This document shows positions 26,501 to 40,100 of a stretch of 63,914 nt of DNA, piece after piece. Position numbers and translations under genes: made by a program. The number at the start of each line of letters is the position of its first letter. The stretch's first letter is position 1. The stretch comes from Eledone cirrhosa (Eukaryota). The notes under the pieces were generated by a model. It made no database searches. It saw only the letters and a list, made by a program, of their open reading frames with translations, and was not told where the DNA came from. The stretch spans positions 318,804,087 through 318,868,000 of the forward strand of contig OZ024742.1 of assembly GCA_964016885.1 (NCBI GenBank), in the 5' to 3' direction.

Positions 26501-28522
26501 ACTACGGTTTCCATCATATACACTACAGTTTCCATCATATACACTACGGTTTCCATCATATACACTACAGTTTCCATCATATACACTACAGTTTCCATCA
26601 TATACACTACAGTTTCCATCATATACACTACAGTTTCCATCATATACAATACAGTTTCCATCATATACAATACAGTTTCCATCATATACACTACAGTTTC
26701 CATCATATACACTACAGTTTCCATCATATACACTACAGTTTCCATTATATACACTACAGTTTCCATCATATACACTACGGTTTCCATCATATACACTACA
26801 GTTTCCATCATATACACTACAGTTTCCATCATATACACTACAGTTTCCATCATATACACTACAGTTTCCATCATATACACTACAGTTTCCATCATATACA
26901 CTACGGTTTCCATCATATACACTACAGTTTCCATCATATACACTACGTTTTCCATCATATACACTACAGTTTCCATCATATACACTACAGTTTCCATCAT
27001 ATACACTACAGTTTCCATCATATACACTACAGTTTCCATCATATACACTACAGTTTCCATCATATACACTACAGTTTCCATCATATACACTACGGTTTCC
27101 ATCATATACACTACAGTTTCCATCATATACACTACAGTTTCCATCATATACACTACGGTTTCCATCATATACACTACAGTTTCCATCATATACAATACAG
27201 TTTCCATCATATACAATACAGTTTCCATCATATACACTACGGTTTCCATCATATACACTACGGTTTCCATCATATACACTACAGTTTCCATCATATACAC
27301 TACAGTTTCCATCATATACACTACAGTTTCCATCATATACACTACAGTTTCCATCATATACACTACAGTTTCCATCATATACAATACAGTTTCCATCATA
27401 TACAATACAGTTTCCATCATATACACTACAGTTTCCATCATATACAATACAGTTTCCATCATATACACTACAGTTTCCATCATATACACTACAGTTTCCA
27501 TCATATACACTACGGTTTCCATCATATACACTACAGTTTCCATCATATACACTACAGTTTCCATCATATACACTACAGTTTCCATCATATACAATACAGT
27601 TTCCATCATATACAATACAGTTTCCATCATATACACTACAGTTTCCATCATATACACTACAGTTTCCATCATATACACTACAGTTTCCATCATATACACT
27701 ACAGTTTCCGTCATATACACTACAGTTTCCATCATATACAATACAGTTTCCATCATATACACTACAGTTTCCATCATATACACTACAGTTTCCATCATAT
27801 ACACTACAGTTTCCATCATATACACTACAGTTTCCATCATATACACTACAGTTTCCATCATATACACTACAGTTTCCATCATATACACTACAGTTTCCAT
27901 CATATACACTACAGTTTCCATCATATACAATACAGTTTCCATCATATACACTACAGTTTCCATCATATACACTACAGTTTCCATCATATACACTACAGTT
28001 TCCATCATATACACTACAGTTTCCATCATATACACTTCGGTTTCCATCATATACACTACGGTTTCCATCATATACACTACAGTTTCCATCATATACACTA
28101 CGGTTTCCATCATATACAATACAGTTTCCATCATATACAATACAGTTTCCATCATATACAATACAGTTTCCATCATATACGCTACAGTTTCCATCATATA
28201 CACTACGGTTTCCATCATATACACTACAGTTTCCATCATATACACTACGGTTTCCATCATATACACTACAGTTTCCATCATATACACTACAGTTTCCATC
28301 ATATACACTACAGTTTCCATCATATACACTACAGTTTCCATCATATACACTACAGTTTCCATCATATACACTACAGTTTCCATCATATACACTACGGTTT
28401 CCATCATATACACTACAGTTTCCATCATATACACTACAGTTTCCATCATATACACTACAGTTTCCATCATATACACTACAGTTTCCAGCGTATACACTAC
28501 AGTTTCCATCATATAAACTACG
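20522..28522. repeat. 21-bp satellite, ~381 copies
   Basis: Unit gtttccatcatatacactaca; common variants aataca and ctacgg; unit phase preserved throughout. Confidence 0.99.
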
Positions 28523-28840
28523 TCCATTTTGTTTTGTTGTTGTTGAAGGGGGTTTTTTTTGGGGGGGGGGGGCGTTTGTTTTGTTTTTTTCATTGTCAAA
28601 ATACAGAGTTAGTTTTCTTATCCCAGTGGAATGACTACATTCGGAAATGACTGATCACTTTCACCTATTCTTCTATGAACCAACAAGGAAGAGTGATCAA
28701 TACGATGCTAGAAATAACAGTTAAATCCATCAAATATAAACTTATCGCGAGGCCTATGAGAAGAGAATGCAAAAGTAAATCATAGCCAGGTCTGAAAATT
28801 TCCCAAGATCTCAGAAAATGTTGACATATATTGAGCACTA

Positions 28841-28996
28841 GGCGGCGAATTGGCAGAGTCGTTAGAACGTCGAATAGAATGCTTTACGGTATTCGTTCCA
28901 GCTCTCTGCTTTCTGAGTTCAAATCCCGCCGAGGTCAACTTTGCCTTTCATCTTTTGGAGGTCGATAAAAAAAGTCCCAGTCTAGTACTGGGGTCA
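28841..28996 (+). mobile_element. SINE family 1
   Basis: ggcggcgaattggcagagtcgttag...ctgagttcaaatcccgccgaggtcaactttgcc. Confidence 0.85.
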
Positions 28997-29943
28997 ATTC
29001 TTCATTTATATACCAAAGTTCCAGGAGAGGGATGTACGCTGCCAGGCTTAAAATGCCCAAGAAATGCTGTATATCAATACGGCGGCCCTATTAGAGCGTT
29101 CCATATTAGAGGCAGAATCAAACACAATGCCCCCATTAGCTTTGTTTTTCTAGTCAGTGAGCTCTTGTCTCATTCCATTGAATTCCCAGTTGCTTTGGAT
29201 ACACAAAGTTCTGTAAAACTGCTTTGTTCTTTATTGCTGAACTTTTGACCAAAGAGAACTCTGATACATTCTGCATCATATTTTCCCCGGATTATAAACC
29301 ATGATAAAAGGATTTCAGAGATCCTGCTGTGCAAAAACCAACTGTTTTTTGTTTTGTTTTGGTTTGTTTGTTTTTTTCGCGAATCCGAAGAACCAATTCA
29401 ATGAGGCTGTTTAACTTTGTTTTGTGTAACGTTAAATAGATGAAACAAACATTTCAAAAACAGAACGAAAAACTAACGCCGATAATCTATTCTGGGATCT
29501 ATTATCCACATTTAAGTCTACTGAAGTAATATAGAAAGGATTGAGTGGTCGATTCAAAAGCAACAGAACAATCAATGGTGAATTTGAACTCATGATTCAT
29601 AAGTTAGCAGCCACTCAATAATATTACTGAGGGACGGAATAACTCCCATATTGTATCGTCCGTAACGTCCGAAATTTTCAATTAATTGATTTTATAAGGG
29701 CTATCTCCCTTGTTTGTTTCTTTCTTTTTCTGTTGATTTTTTTTTTCTTTTTAGATTATAAATATCCCAGATGGAGTTTTTGTCTACTAATGGTATAGAT
29801 AATCTCACTTGACTGAAGTTTTTCAACACTGTATTATATATTTGAGACTGTGCAATATGATATAGACAGAAGAGAAATTGGTTACCCATTCGGCTATTAT
29901 AACGCTTCTGCTTGCCTAAGGCTAATAAAAAAAATAGTAATAA

Positions 29944-30342
29944 TTTCTACATTAGGTACATGGCCAGTAATCTGAGGGAGGAGGGAAAGTCGATTAAGTC
30001 GACCTCAGTGCTTTATTTTATCGATCCCGTAAACCTCGGGAGTATTTGAAAAGGGGCCATAACTCTATGCTGCAAAGCATGGTGTTTGACGCTCTACAGA
30101 TACTGCCAATCCACCGAATAATAGTGATTTCTGATTTAGGAACAAGGCCAACAATTTTTAGGGAGGAAGAAAGTCGATTAAATCGACCCCAGTGCATTAC
30201 TGCTGTTTTATTTATCGACACCGTAAGGATGAAAGGCAAAGCTAACCTCGGCGGGATTTGAACTTAGAACGTAAAGGACCGTGACCCTATGCCATACAGC
30301 ATGTTGTCCGACGCTCTACCGATACTGCCAATCCACCGCCCT
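29944..30342 (-). mobile_element. Two tandem SINE family 1 copies
   Basis: gatactgccaatccaccg head occurs twice (about 30100 and 30321). Confidence 0.8.
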
Positions 30343-30862
30343 AATAATAAAAAGACCGTTCACAAATCTGAGCTTATTCCCTCCACTCTATACAACCCTG
30401 TTTAGATGTGTTTGAATTTCAGTTTGTTGGAAAATAAAAAAAAATCACCTAAAGTCTAGAGTACTAGTTTTCTTCCCCTTTCCACTAAACTCTCTGACCG
30501 TAGCTGATACACAGAAGTCAGTTGAATTGAACTGTATACGAAAAGAAGATAGCATTCTGAAACAGTTCCATGTATGCGTTTACTTGAGTTCAGTTTGGAA
30601 TCAGCTAGACTGGGAAAGATTAAGATGGGCTGATGGCAAGGAAGGTTGTGACGAATGAGAGTAGAAGTTCAAGCTGGTGGGTGTACGCAGCACCCAGACA
30701 AAAAGTGGTAGATGATGAGAGAGGTTGCAAGGGTTTTTTGGCGTTTTTTAACAGAACAGATGTTATATGTCTTAAGAGTGAAAGGTTAATGAAATCTACA
30801 AGCAACAGTGAGTGATGTAGTAGCGGTGGTGGCGTCAGTGGATACTGTAGTAATGATAATTG

Positions 30863-30972
30863 TTTCTACTATTGGCACAAGGCCAGCAATTACCACAGTA
30901 CATTACTGGTACTTTATTTTATTGACCTCGTAAGGATGATAGGCAAAGTGAACCTCGGCGGGATTTGAACTC
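30863..30972 (-). mobile_element. 5'-truncated SINE family 1
   Basis: ggcacaaggccagcaatt...cctcggcgggatttgaactca. Confidence 0.8.
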
Positions 30973-31104
30973 ACACCAGTTGTTGTTGTTGTTGGTGTAG
31001 TTGTTGTTGGTAGTGGTGGTAGTAGTAATACTGTTGTTGTCGTTAATGGTGGTAGTAACGATGATGATAGTGTTGGTTGTTGTTATTGCCAGTGTTGGTA
31101 ATGG

Positions 31105-34100
31105 TGGTGGTGGTGGTAGTGTTGTTGTTGTTGTGTTTGATGTTAGTGTTAGTGGTGGTGGTGGGGTTGTTGTTGTTGTTGTTTGATGTTAGTGTTAGTG
31201 GTGGTGGTGGTGTTGTTGTTGTGTTTGATGTTAGTGTTAGTGGTGGTGGTGGTGGTGGTGGTGGTGTGTTTGATGTTAGTGGTGGTGTGGTGGTGTTGTT
31301 GTTGTTGTGTTTGATGTTAGTGTTAGTGGTGGTGGTGGTGGTGGTGGTGGTGTGTTTGATGTTAGTGGTGGTGTGGTGGTGTTGTTGTTGTTGTGTTTGA
31401 TGTTAGTGTTAGTGGTGGTGGTGGTGGTGGTGGTGGTGTGTTTGATGTTAGTGGTGGTGTGGTGGTGGTGTTGTTGTTGTGTTTGATGTTAGTGTTAGTG
31501 GTGGTGGTGGTGGTGGTGGTGTTGTGTTTGATGTTAGTGGTGGTGTGGTGGTGTTGTTGTTGTTGTGTTTGATGTTAGTGTTAGTGGTGGTGGTGGTGGT
31601 GGTGGTAGTGGTGGTTGTGGTGTTGTTGTTGTTGTGTTTGATGTTAGTGTTAGTGGTGGTGGTGGTGGTGGTGGTAGTGGTGGTGTGGTGGTGTTGTTGT
31701 TGTTGTGTTTGATGTTAGTGTTAGTGGTGGTAGTGTTGTTGTTGTTGTGTTTGATGTTAGTGTTAGTGGTGGTGGTGGTGTTGTTGTTGTTGTTGTTTGA
31801 TGTTAGTGTTAGTGGTGGTGGTATTGTTGTTGTTGTTGTTGTTTGATGTTAGTGTTAGTGGTGGTGGTGGTGTTGTTGTTGTTGTTGTTTGATGTTAGTG
31901 TTAGTGGTGGTGGTATTGTTGTTGTTGTTGTTGTTTGATGTTAGTGTTAGTGGTGGTGGTGGTGTTGTTGTTGTTGTTGTTTGATGTTAGTGTTAGTGGT
32001 GGTGGTGGTGGTGGTGGTAGTGGTGGTTGTGGTGTTGTTGTTGTGTTTGATGTTAGTGTTAGTGGTGGTGGTGGTGGTGGTGGTGTTGTGTTTGATGTTA
32101 GTGGTGGTGGTGGTGGTGTTGTTGTTGTTGTGTTTGATGTTAGTGTTAGTGGTGGTAGTGTTGTTGTTGTTGTGTTTGATGTTAGTGTTAGTGGTGGTGG
32201 TGGTGTTGTTGTTGTTGTTGTTTGATGTTAGTGTTAGTGGTGGTGGTATTGTTGTTGTTGTTGTTGTTTGATGTTAGTGTTAGTGGTGGTGGTGGTGTTG
32301 TTGTTGTTGTTGTTTGATGTTAGTGTTAGTGGTGGTGGTGGTGGTGGTGGTGTTGTGTTTGATGTTAGTGGTGGTGGTGGTGGTGTTGTTGTTGTTGTGT
32401 TTGATGTTAGTGTTAGTGGTGGTGGTGGTGGTGGTGGTAGTGGTGGTTGTGGTGTTGTTGTTGTGTTTGATGTTAGTGTTAGTGGTGGTGGTGGTGGTGG
32501 TGGTGTTGTGTTTGATGTTAGTGGTGGTGGTGGTGGTGTTGTTGTTGTTGTGTTTGATGTTAGTGTTAGTGGTGGTGGTGGTGGTGGTGGTAGTGGTGGT
32601 TGTGGTGTTGTTGTTGTGTTTGATGTTAGTGTTAGTGGTGGTGGTGGTGGTGTTGTTGTGTTTGATGTTAGTGTTAGTTGTGTTGTTGTTGTTGTTGTGT
32701 TTGATATTAGTGTTAGTGGTGGTGGTGGTGGTGTTGTTGTTGTGTTTGATGTTAGTGTTAGTTGGGTTGTTGTTGTTGTGTTTGATGTTAGTGTTAGTGG
32801 TGGTGGTGGTGGTGTTGTTGTTGTTGTGTTTCATGTTAGTGTTAGTGGTGGTGGTGTTGTTGTTGTTGTGTTTGATGTTAGTGTTAGTGTTAGTGGTGGT
32901 GGTGTTGTTGTTGTTGTGTTTCATGTTAGTGTTAGTGGTGGTGGTGTTGTTGTTGTGTTTCATGTTAGTGTTAGTGGTGGTGGTGTTGTTGTTGTTGTGT
33001 TTGATGTTAGTGTTAGTGGTGGTGGTGGTGGTGTTGTTGTGTTTGATGTTAGTGTTAGTGTTAGTGGTGGTGGTGGTGTTGTTGTGTTTGATGTTAGTGT
33101 TAGTGTTAGTGGTGGTGGTGTTGTTGTTGTTGTGTTTCATGTTAGTGTTAGTTGTGGTGGTGTTGTTGTTGTTGTGTTTGATGTTAGTGTTAGTGGTGGT
33201 GGTGGTGGTGTTGTTGTTGTGTTTGATGTTAGTGTTAGTGGTGGTGGTGTTGTTGTTGTGTTTGATGTTAGTGTTAGTGGTGGTGGTGGTGGTGTTGTTG
33301 TGTTTGATGTTAGTGTTAGTGTTAGTGGTGGTGGTGGTGTTGTTGTGTTTGATGTTAGTGTTAGTGTTAGTGGTGGTGGTGTTGTTGTTGTTGTGTTTCA
33401 TGTTAGTGTTAGTTGTGGTGGTGTTGTTGTTGTTGTGTTTGATGTTAGTGTTAGTGGTGGTGGTGGTGGTGTTGTTGTTGTGTTTGATGTTAGTGTTAGT
33501 GGTGGTGGTGTTGTTGTTGTGTTTGATGTTAGTGTTAGTGGTGGTGGTGGTGGTGTTGTTGTTGTTGTGTTTGATGTTAGTGGTGGTGGTGTTGTTGTTG
33601 TTGTGTTTGATGTTAGTGTTAGTTGTGGTGGTGTTGTTGTTGTGTTTGATGTTAGTGTTAGTGGTGGTGGTGTTGGTGTTGTTGTTGTTGTGTTTCATGT
33701 TAGTGTTAGTGGTGGTGGTGTTGTTGTTGTTGTGTTTGATGTTAGTGTTAGTGTTAGTGGTGGTGGTGTTGTTGTTGTTGTGTTTGATGTTAGTGTTAGT
33801 GTTATTGGTGGTGGTGTTGTTGTTGTTGTGTTTCATGTTAGTGTTAGTGGTGGTGGTGTTGTTGTTGTTGTGTTTCATGTTAGTGTTAGTTGTGGTGGTG
33901 TTGTTGTTGTTGTGTTTGATGTTAGTGTTAGTGGTGGTGGTGGTGTTGTTGTTGTGTTTGATGTTAGTGTTAGTGGTGGTGGTTTTGTTGTTGTTGTGTT
34001 TGATGTTAGTGTTAGTGGTGGTGGTGGTGGTGTTGTTGTTGTTGTGTTTGATGTTAGTGGTGGTGGTGTTGTTGTTGTTGTGTTTCATGTTAGTGTTAGT

Positions 34101-37100
34101 TGTGGTGGTGTTGTTGTTGTGTTTGATGTTAGTGTTAGTGTTAGTGGTGGTGGTGTTGTTGTTGTGTTTGATGTTAGTGTTAGTGGTGGTGGTGGTGTTG
34201 TTGTGTTTGATGTTAGTGTTAGTTGTGGTGGTGTTGTTGTTGTGTTTGATGTTAGTGTTAGTGGTGGTGGTGTTGTTGTTGTTGTTGTGTTTGATGTTAG
34301 CGTTAGTGGTGGTGGTGGTGGTGGTGTTGTTGTGTTTGATGTTAGTGTTAGTTGTGTTGTTGTTGTTGTGTTTGATGTTAGTGTTAGTGGTGGTGGTGGT
34401 GGTGTGGTTGTTGTTGTGTTTGATGTTAGTGGTGGTGGTGGTGGTGTTGTTGTTGTTGTGTTTCATGTTAGTGTTAGTTGTGGTGGTGGTGTTGTTGTTG
34501 TGTTTGATGTTAGTGTTAGTGGTGGTGGTGGTGGTGTTGTTGTTGTGTTTGATGTTAGTGGTGGTGGTGGTGGTGGTGGTGGTGGTGGTGTTGTTGTTGT
34601 GTTTGATGTTAGTGGTGGTGGTGTTGTTGTGTTTCATGTTAGTGTTAGTTGTGGTGGTGTTGTTGTTGTTGTTGTGTTTGATGTTAGTGTTAGTGGTGTT
34701 GTTGTTGTTGTTGTTGTGTTTGATGTTAGTGTTAGTGGTGGTGGTGTTGTTGTTGTTGTTGTTGTGTTTGATGTTAGTGTTAGTGGTGGTGGTGGTGTTG
34801 TTGTTGTTGTGTTTGATGTTAGTGTTAGTGGTGGTGGTGTTGTTGTTGTTGTTGTGTTTGATGTTAGTGTTAGTGGTGGTGGTGTTGTTGTTGTGTTTGA
34901 TGTCAGTGTTAGTGGTGGTGGTGGTGGTGGTGGTGTTGTGGTGTTTGATGTTAGTGTTAGTTGTGTTGTTGTTGTGTTTGATGTTAGTGTTAGTGGTGGT
35001 GGTGGTGGTATGTTGTTGTGTTTGATGTTAGTGTTAGTTGTGTTGTTGTTGTGTTTGATGTTAGTGTTAGTGGTGGTGGTGGTGTTGTTGTTGTTGTGTT
35101 TCATGTTAGTGTTAGTTGTGGTGGTGTTGTTGTTGTTGTGTTTGATGTTAGTGTTAGTGGTGGTGGTGGTAGTGGTGGTGGTGGTGTTGTTGTTGTGTTT
35201 GATGTTAGTGGTGGTGGTGGTGGTGGTGTTATTGTTGTGTTTGATGTTAGTGTTAGTGGTGGTGGTGGTGTTGTTGTTGTTGTGTTTCATGTTAGTGTTA
35301 GTGTTAGTGGTGGTGGTGTTGTTGTGTTTGATGTTAGTGTTAGTGGTGGTGGTCTTGTTGTTGTTGTGTTTGATGTTAGTGTTAGTGTTGGTGGTGGTGG
35401 TGGTGTTGTTGTTGTTGTGTTTCATGTTAGTGTTAGTGGTGTTGTTGTTGTTGTTGTTGTGTTTGATGTTAGTGTTAGTGTTAGTGGTGGTGGTGTTGTT
35501 GTTGTTGTGTTTGATGTTAGTGGTGGTGGTGGTGGTGGTGGTGGTGGCGGTGGTGGTGGTGTTGTTGTTGTTGTTGTGTTTGATGTTAGTGTTAGTGTTA
35601 GTGGTGGTGGTGTTGTTGTTGTGTTTGATGTTAGTGGTGGTGGTGGTGGTGTTGTTGTTGTTGTGTTTGATGTTAGTGTTAGTGTTAGTGTTAGTGTTAG
35701 TGGTAGTAGTGTTGTTGTTGTTGTGTTTGATGTTAGTGTTAGTGGTGGTGGTTTTGTTGTTGTTGTGTTTGATGTTAGTGTTAGTGGTGGTGGTGTTGTT
35801 GTTGTTGTGTTTGATGTTAGTGTTAGTGTTAGTGGTGGTGGTGTTGTTGTTGTGTTTGATGTTAGTGTTAGTGGTGGTGGTTTTGTTGTTGTTGTGTTTG
35901 ATGTTAGTGTTAGTGGTGGTGGTGTTGTTGTTGTTGTGTTTGATGTTAGTGTTAGTGGTGGTGTTGTTGTTGTTGTTGTGTTTGATGTTAGCGTTAGTGG
36001 TGGTGGTGGTGTTGTTGTTGTGTTTGATGTTAGTGTTAGTGTTAGTGGTAGTGGTGTTGTTGTTGTGTTTGATGTTAGTGTTAGTGGTGGTGGTGGTGTT
36101 GTTGTTGTTGTTGTGTTTGGTTTGATATTAGTGTTAGTGTTAGTGGTGGTGGTGTTGTTGTTGTGTTTGATGTTAGTGTTAGTGTTAGTGGTGGTGGTTT
36201 TGTTGTTGTTGTGTTTGATGTTAGTGTTATTGGTGGTGGTGTTGTTGTTGTTGTGCTTGATGTTAGTGTTAGTGGTGGTGGTGGTGTTGTTGTTGTTGTT
36301 GTGTTTGATGTTAGTGTTAGTGTTAGTGGTGGTGGTTTTGTTGTTGTTGTGTTTGATGTTAGTGTTATTGGTGGTGGTGTTGTTGTTGTTGTGTTTGATG
36401 TTAGTGTTAGTGTTAGTGGTGGTGGTGTTGTTGTTGTGTTTGATGTTAGTGTTAGTGGTGGTGTTGTTGTTGTTGTTGTGTTTGATGTTAGTGTTAGTGT
36501 TAGTGTTGGTGGTGGTGGTGTTGTTGTTGTTGTGTTTGATGTTAGTGTTAGTGTTAGTGGTGGTGGTGTTGTTGTTGTTGTTGTGTTTGATGTTAGTGTT
36601 AGTGTTAGTGGTGGTGGTTTTGTTGTTGTTGTGTTTGATGTTAGTGTTATTGGTGGTGGTGTTGTTGTTGTTGTGTTTGATGTTAGTGTTAGTGGTGGTG
36701 GTGTTGTTGTTGTGTTTGATGTTAGTGTTAGTGGTGGTGTTGTTGTTGTTGTTGTTGTTGTGTTTGATGTTAGCGTTAGTGGTGGTGGTGGTGGTGGTGT
36801 TGTTGTGTTTGATGTTAGTGTTAGTTGTGTTGTTGTTGTTGTGTTTGATGTTAGTGTTAGTGGTGGTGGTGGTGGTGTGGTTGTTGTTGTGTTTGATGTT
36901 AGTGGTGGTGGTGGTGGTGTTGTTGTTGTTGTGTTTCATGTTAGTGTTAGTTGTGGTGGTGGTGTTGTTGTTGTGTTTGATGTTAGTGTTAGTGGTGGTG
37001 GTGGTGGTGTTGTTGTTGTGTTTGATGTTAGTGGTGGTGGTGGTGGTGGTGGTGGTGGTGGTGGTGTTGTTGTTGTGTTTGATGTTAGTGGTGGTGGTGT

Positions 37101-40100
37101 TGTTGTTGTTGTGTTTCATGTTAGTGTTAGTTGTGGTGGTGTTGTTGTTGTTGTTGTGTTTGATGTTAGTGTTAGTGGTGTTGTTGTTGTTGTTGTTGTG
37201 TTTGATGTTAGTGTTAGTGGTGGTGGTGTTGTTGTTGTTGTTGTGTTTGATGTTAGTGTTAGTGGTGGTGGTGGTGTTGTTGTTGTTGTGTTTGATGTTA
37301 GTGTTAGTGGTGGTGGTGTTGTTGTTGTTGTTGTGTTTGATGTTAGTGTTAGTGGTGGTGGTGTTGTTGTTGTGTTTGATGTCAGTGTTAGTGGTGGTGG
37401 TGGTGGTGGTGGTGTTGTGGTGTTTGATGTTAGTGTTAGTTGTGTTGTTGTTGTGTTTGATGTTAGTGTTAGTGGTGGTGGTGTTGTTGTTGTTGTTGTG
37501 TTTGATGTTAGTGTTAGTGGTGGTGGTGTTGTTGTTGTTGTGTTTGATGTTAGTGTTAGTGGTGGTGGTGTTGTTGTTGTTGTGTTTCATGTTAGTGTTA
37601 GTTGTGGTGGTGTTGTTGTTGTTGTGTTTGATGTTAGTGTTAGTGGTGGTGGTGGTAGTGGTGGTGGTGGTGTTGTTGTTGTGTTTGATGTTAGTGGTGG
37701 TGGTGGTGGTGGTGTTATTGTTGTGTTTGATGTTAGTGTTAGTGGTGGTGGTGGTGTTGTTGTTGTGTTTCATGTTAGTGTTAGTGTTAGTGGTGGTGGT
37801 GTTGTTGTGTTTGATGTTAGTGTTAGTGGTGGTGGTCTTGTTGTTGTTGTGTTTGATGTTAGTGTTAGTGTTGGTGGTGGTGGTGGTGGTGTTGTTGTTG
37901 TTGTGTTTCATGTTAGTGTTAGTGGTGTTGTTGTTGTTGTTGTTGTGTTTGATGTTAGTGTTAGTGTTAGTGGTGGTGGTGTTGTTGTTGTTGTGTTTGA
38001 TGTTAGTGGTGGTGGTGGTGGTGGTGGTGGCGGTGGTGGTGGTGTTGTTGTTGTTGTTGTGTTTGATGTTAGTGTTAGTGGTGGTGGTGTTGTTGTTGTG
38101 TTTGATGTTAGTGTTAGTGGTGGTGTTGTTGTTGTTGTTGTGTTTGATGTTAGTGTTAGTGGTGGTGGTGTTGTTGTTGTGTTTGATGTTAGTGTTAGTG
38201 GTGGTGTTGTTGTTGTTGTTGTGTTTGATGTTAGTGTTAGTGTTAGTGTTGGTGGTGGTGGTGTTGTTGTTGTTGTGTTTGATGTTAGTGTTAGTGGTGG
38301 TGGTGGTGTTGTTGTCCTGTTTGATGTTAGTGTTAGTGTTAGTGGTGGTGGTGTTGTTGTTGTGTTTGATGTTAGTGTTAGTGGTGGTGGTGGTGTTGTT
38401 GTCGTGTTTGATGTTAGTGTTAGTGTTAGTGGTGGTGGTGTTGTTGTTGTGTTTGATGTTAGTGTTAGTGTTAGTGGTGGTGGTGTTGTTGTTGTTGTTG
38501 TGTTTGATATTAGTGTTAGTGGTGGTGGTGTTGTTGTTGTTGTTGTTGTGTTTGATGTTAGTGTTAGTGTTAGTGGTGGTGGTGTTGTTGTTGTTGTTGT
38601 GTTTGATATTAGTGTTAGTGGTGGTGGTGTTGTTGTTGTGTTTGATGTTAGTGTTAGTGGTGGTGGTGGTGGTGTTGTTTTGTTTAATGTTAGTGTTAGT
38701 GGTGGTGGTGTTGTTGTTGTTGTGTTTGATGTTAGTGTTAGTGGTGGTGGTGTTGTTGTTGTTGTTGTGTTTGATGTTAGTGTTAGTGGTGGTGGTGTTG
38801 TTGTTGTGTTTGATGTTAGTGTTAGTGGTGGTGGTGGTGGTGTTGTTGTGTTTGATGTTAGTGTTAGTGGTGGTGGTGGTGGTGTTGTTGTGTTTGATGT
38901 TAGTGTTAGTGTTAGTGGTGGTGGTTTTGTTGTTGTTGTGTTTGATGTTAGTGTTAGTGGTGGTGGTGTTGTTGTTGTTGTGTTTGATGTTAGTGTTAGA
39001 GTTAGTGGTGGTGGTGTTGTTGTTGTTGTGTTTGATGTTAGTGTTAGTGGTGGTGGTTTTGTTGTTGTTGTGTTTGATGTTAGTGTTAGTGGTGGTGGTG
39101 TTGTTGTTGTTGTGTTTGATGTTAGTGTTAGTGGTGGTGGTGTTGTTGTTGTGTTTGATGTTAGTGTTAGTGGTGGTGTTGTTGTTGTTGTTGTTGTGTT
39201 TGATGTTAGTGTTAGTGTTAGTGTTGGTGGTGGTGGTGTTGTTGTTGTTGTGTTTGATGTTAGTGTTAGTGGTGGTGGTGGTGTTGTTGTTGTGTTTGAT
39301 GTTAGTGTTAGTGTTAGTGGTGGTGGTGTTGTTGTTGTGTTTGATGTTAGTGTTAGTGGTGGTGGTGGTGTTGTTGTTGTTGTTGTTGTGTTTGATGTTA
39401 GTGTTAGTGTTAGTGGTGGTGCTGTTGTTGTTGTTCTTGTGTTTGATGTTAGTGTTAGTGTTAGTGGTGGTGGTTTTGTTGTTGTTGTGTTTGATGTTAG
39501 TGTTATTGGTGGTGGTGTTGTTGTTGTTGTGTTTGATGTTAGTGTTAGTGGTGGTGGTGTTGTTGTTGTGTTTGATGTTAGTGTTAGTGGTGGTGGTGGT
39601 GTTGTTGTCGTGTTTGATGTTAGTGTTAGTGTTAGTGGTGGTGGTGTTGTTGTTGTGTTTGATGTTAGTGTTAGTGGTGGTGGTGGTGTTGTTGTTGTTG
39701 TTGTGTTTGATGTTAGTGTTAGTGTTAGTGTTAGTGGTGGTGGTGTTGTTGTTGTTGTTGTGTTTGATGTTAGTGTTAGTGTTAGTGGTGGTGGTGTTGT
39801 TGTTGTTGTTGTGTTTGATATTAGTGTTAGTGGTGGTGGTGTTGTTGTTGTGTTTGATGTTAGTGTTAGTGGTGGTGGTGGTGGTGTTGTTTTGTTTGAT
39901 GTTAGTGTTAGTGGTGGTGGTGTTGTTGTTGTTGTGTTTGATGTTAGTGTTAGTGGTGGTGGTGTTGTTGTTGTTGTTGTGTTTGATGTTAGTGTTAGTG
40001 GTGGTGGTGTTGTTGTTGTGTTTGATGTTAGTGTTAGTGGTGGTGGTGGTGGTGGTGTTGTTGTGTTTGATGTTAGTGTTAGTGGTGGTGGTGGTGTTGT

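Noticed and set aside
20522-28522. CRISPR-like array
   Set aside because: No unique spacers and no cas genes; eukaryotic context. The same applies to the 40-46 bp arrays.
20446-28634. 2717-aa (METVVYM)n, 2704-aa (FPSYTLQ)n and 680-aa ORFs
   Set aside because: A 21-bp unit lacking stops in several frames on both strands gives long ORFs automatically; there are no unique domains.
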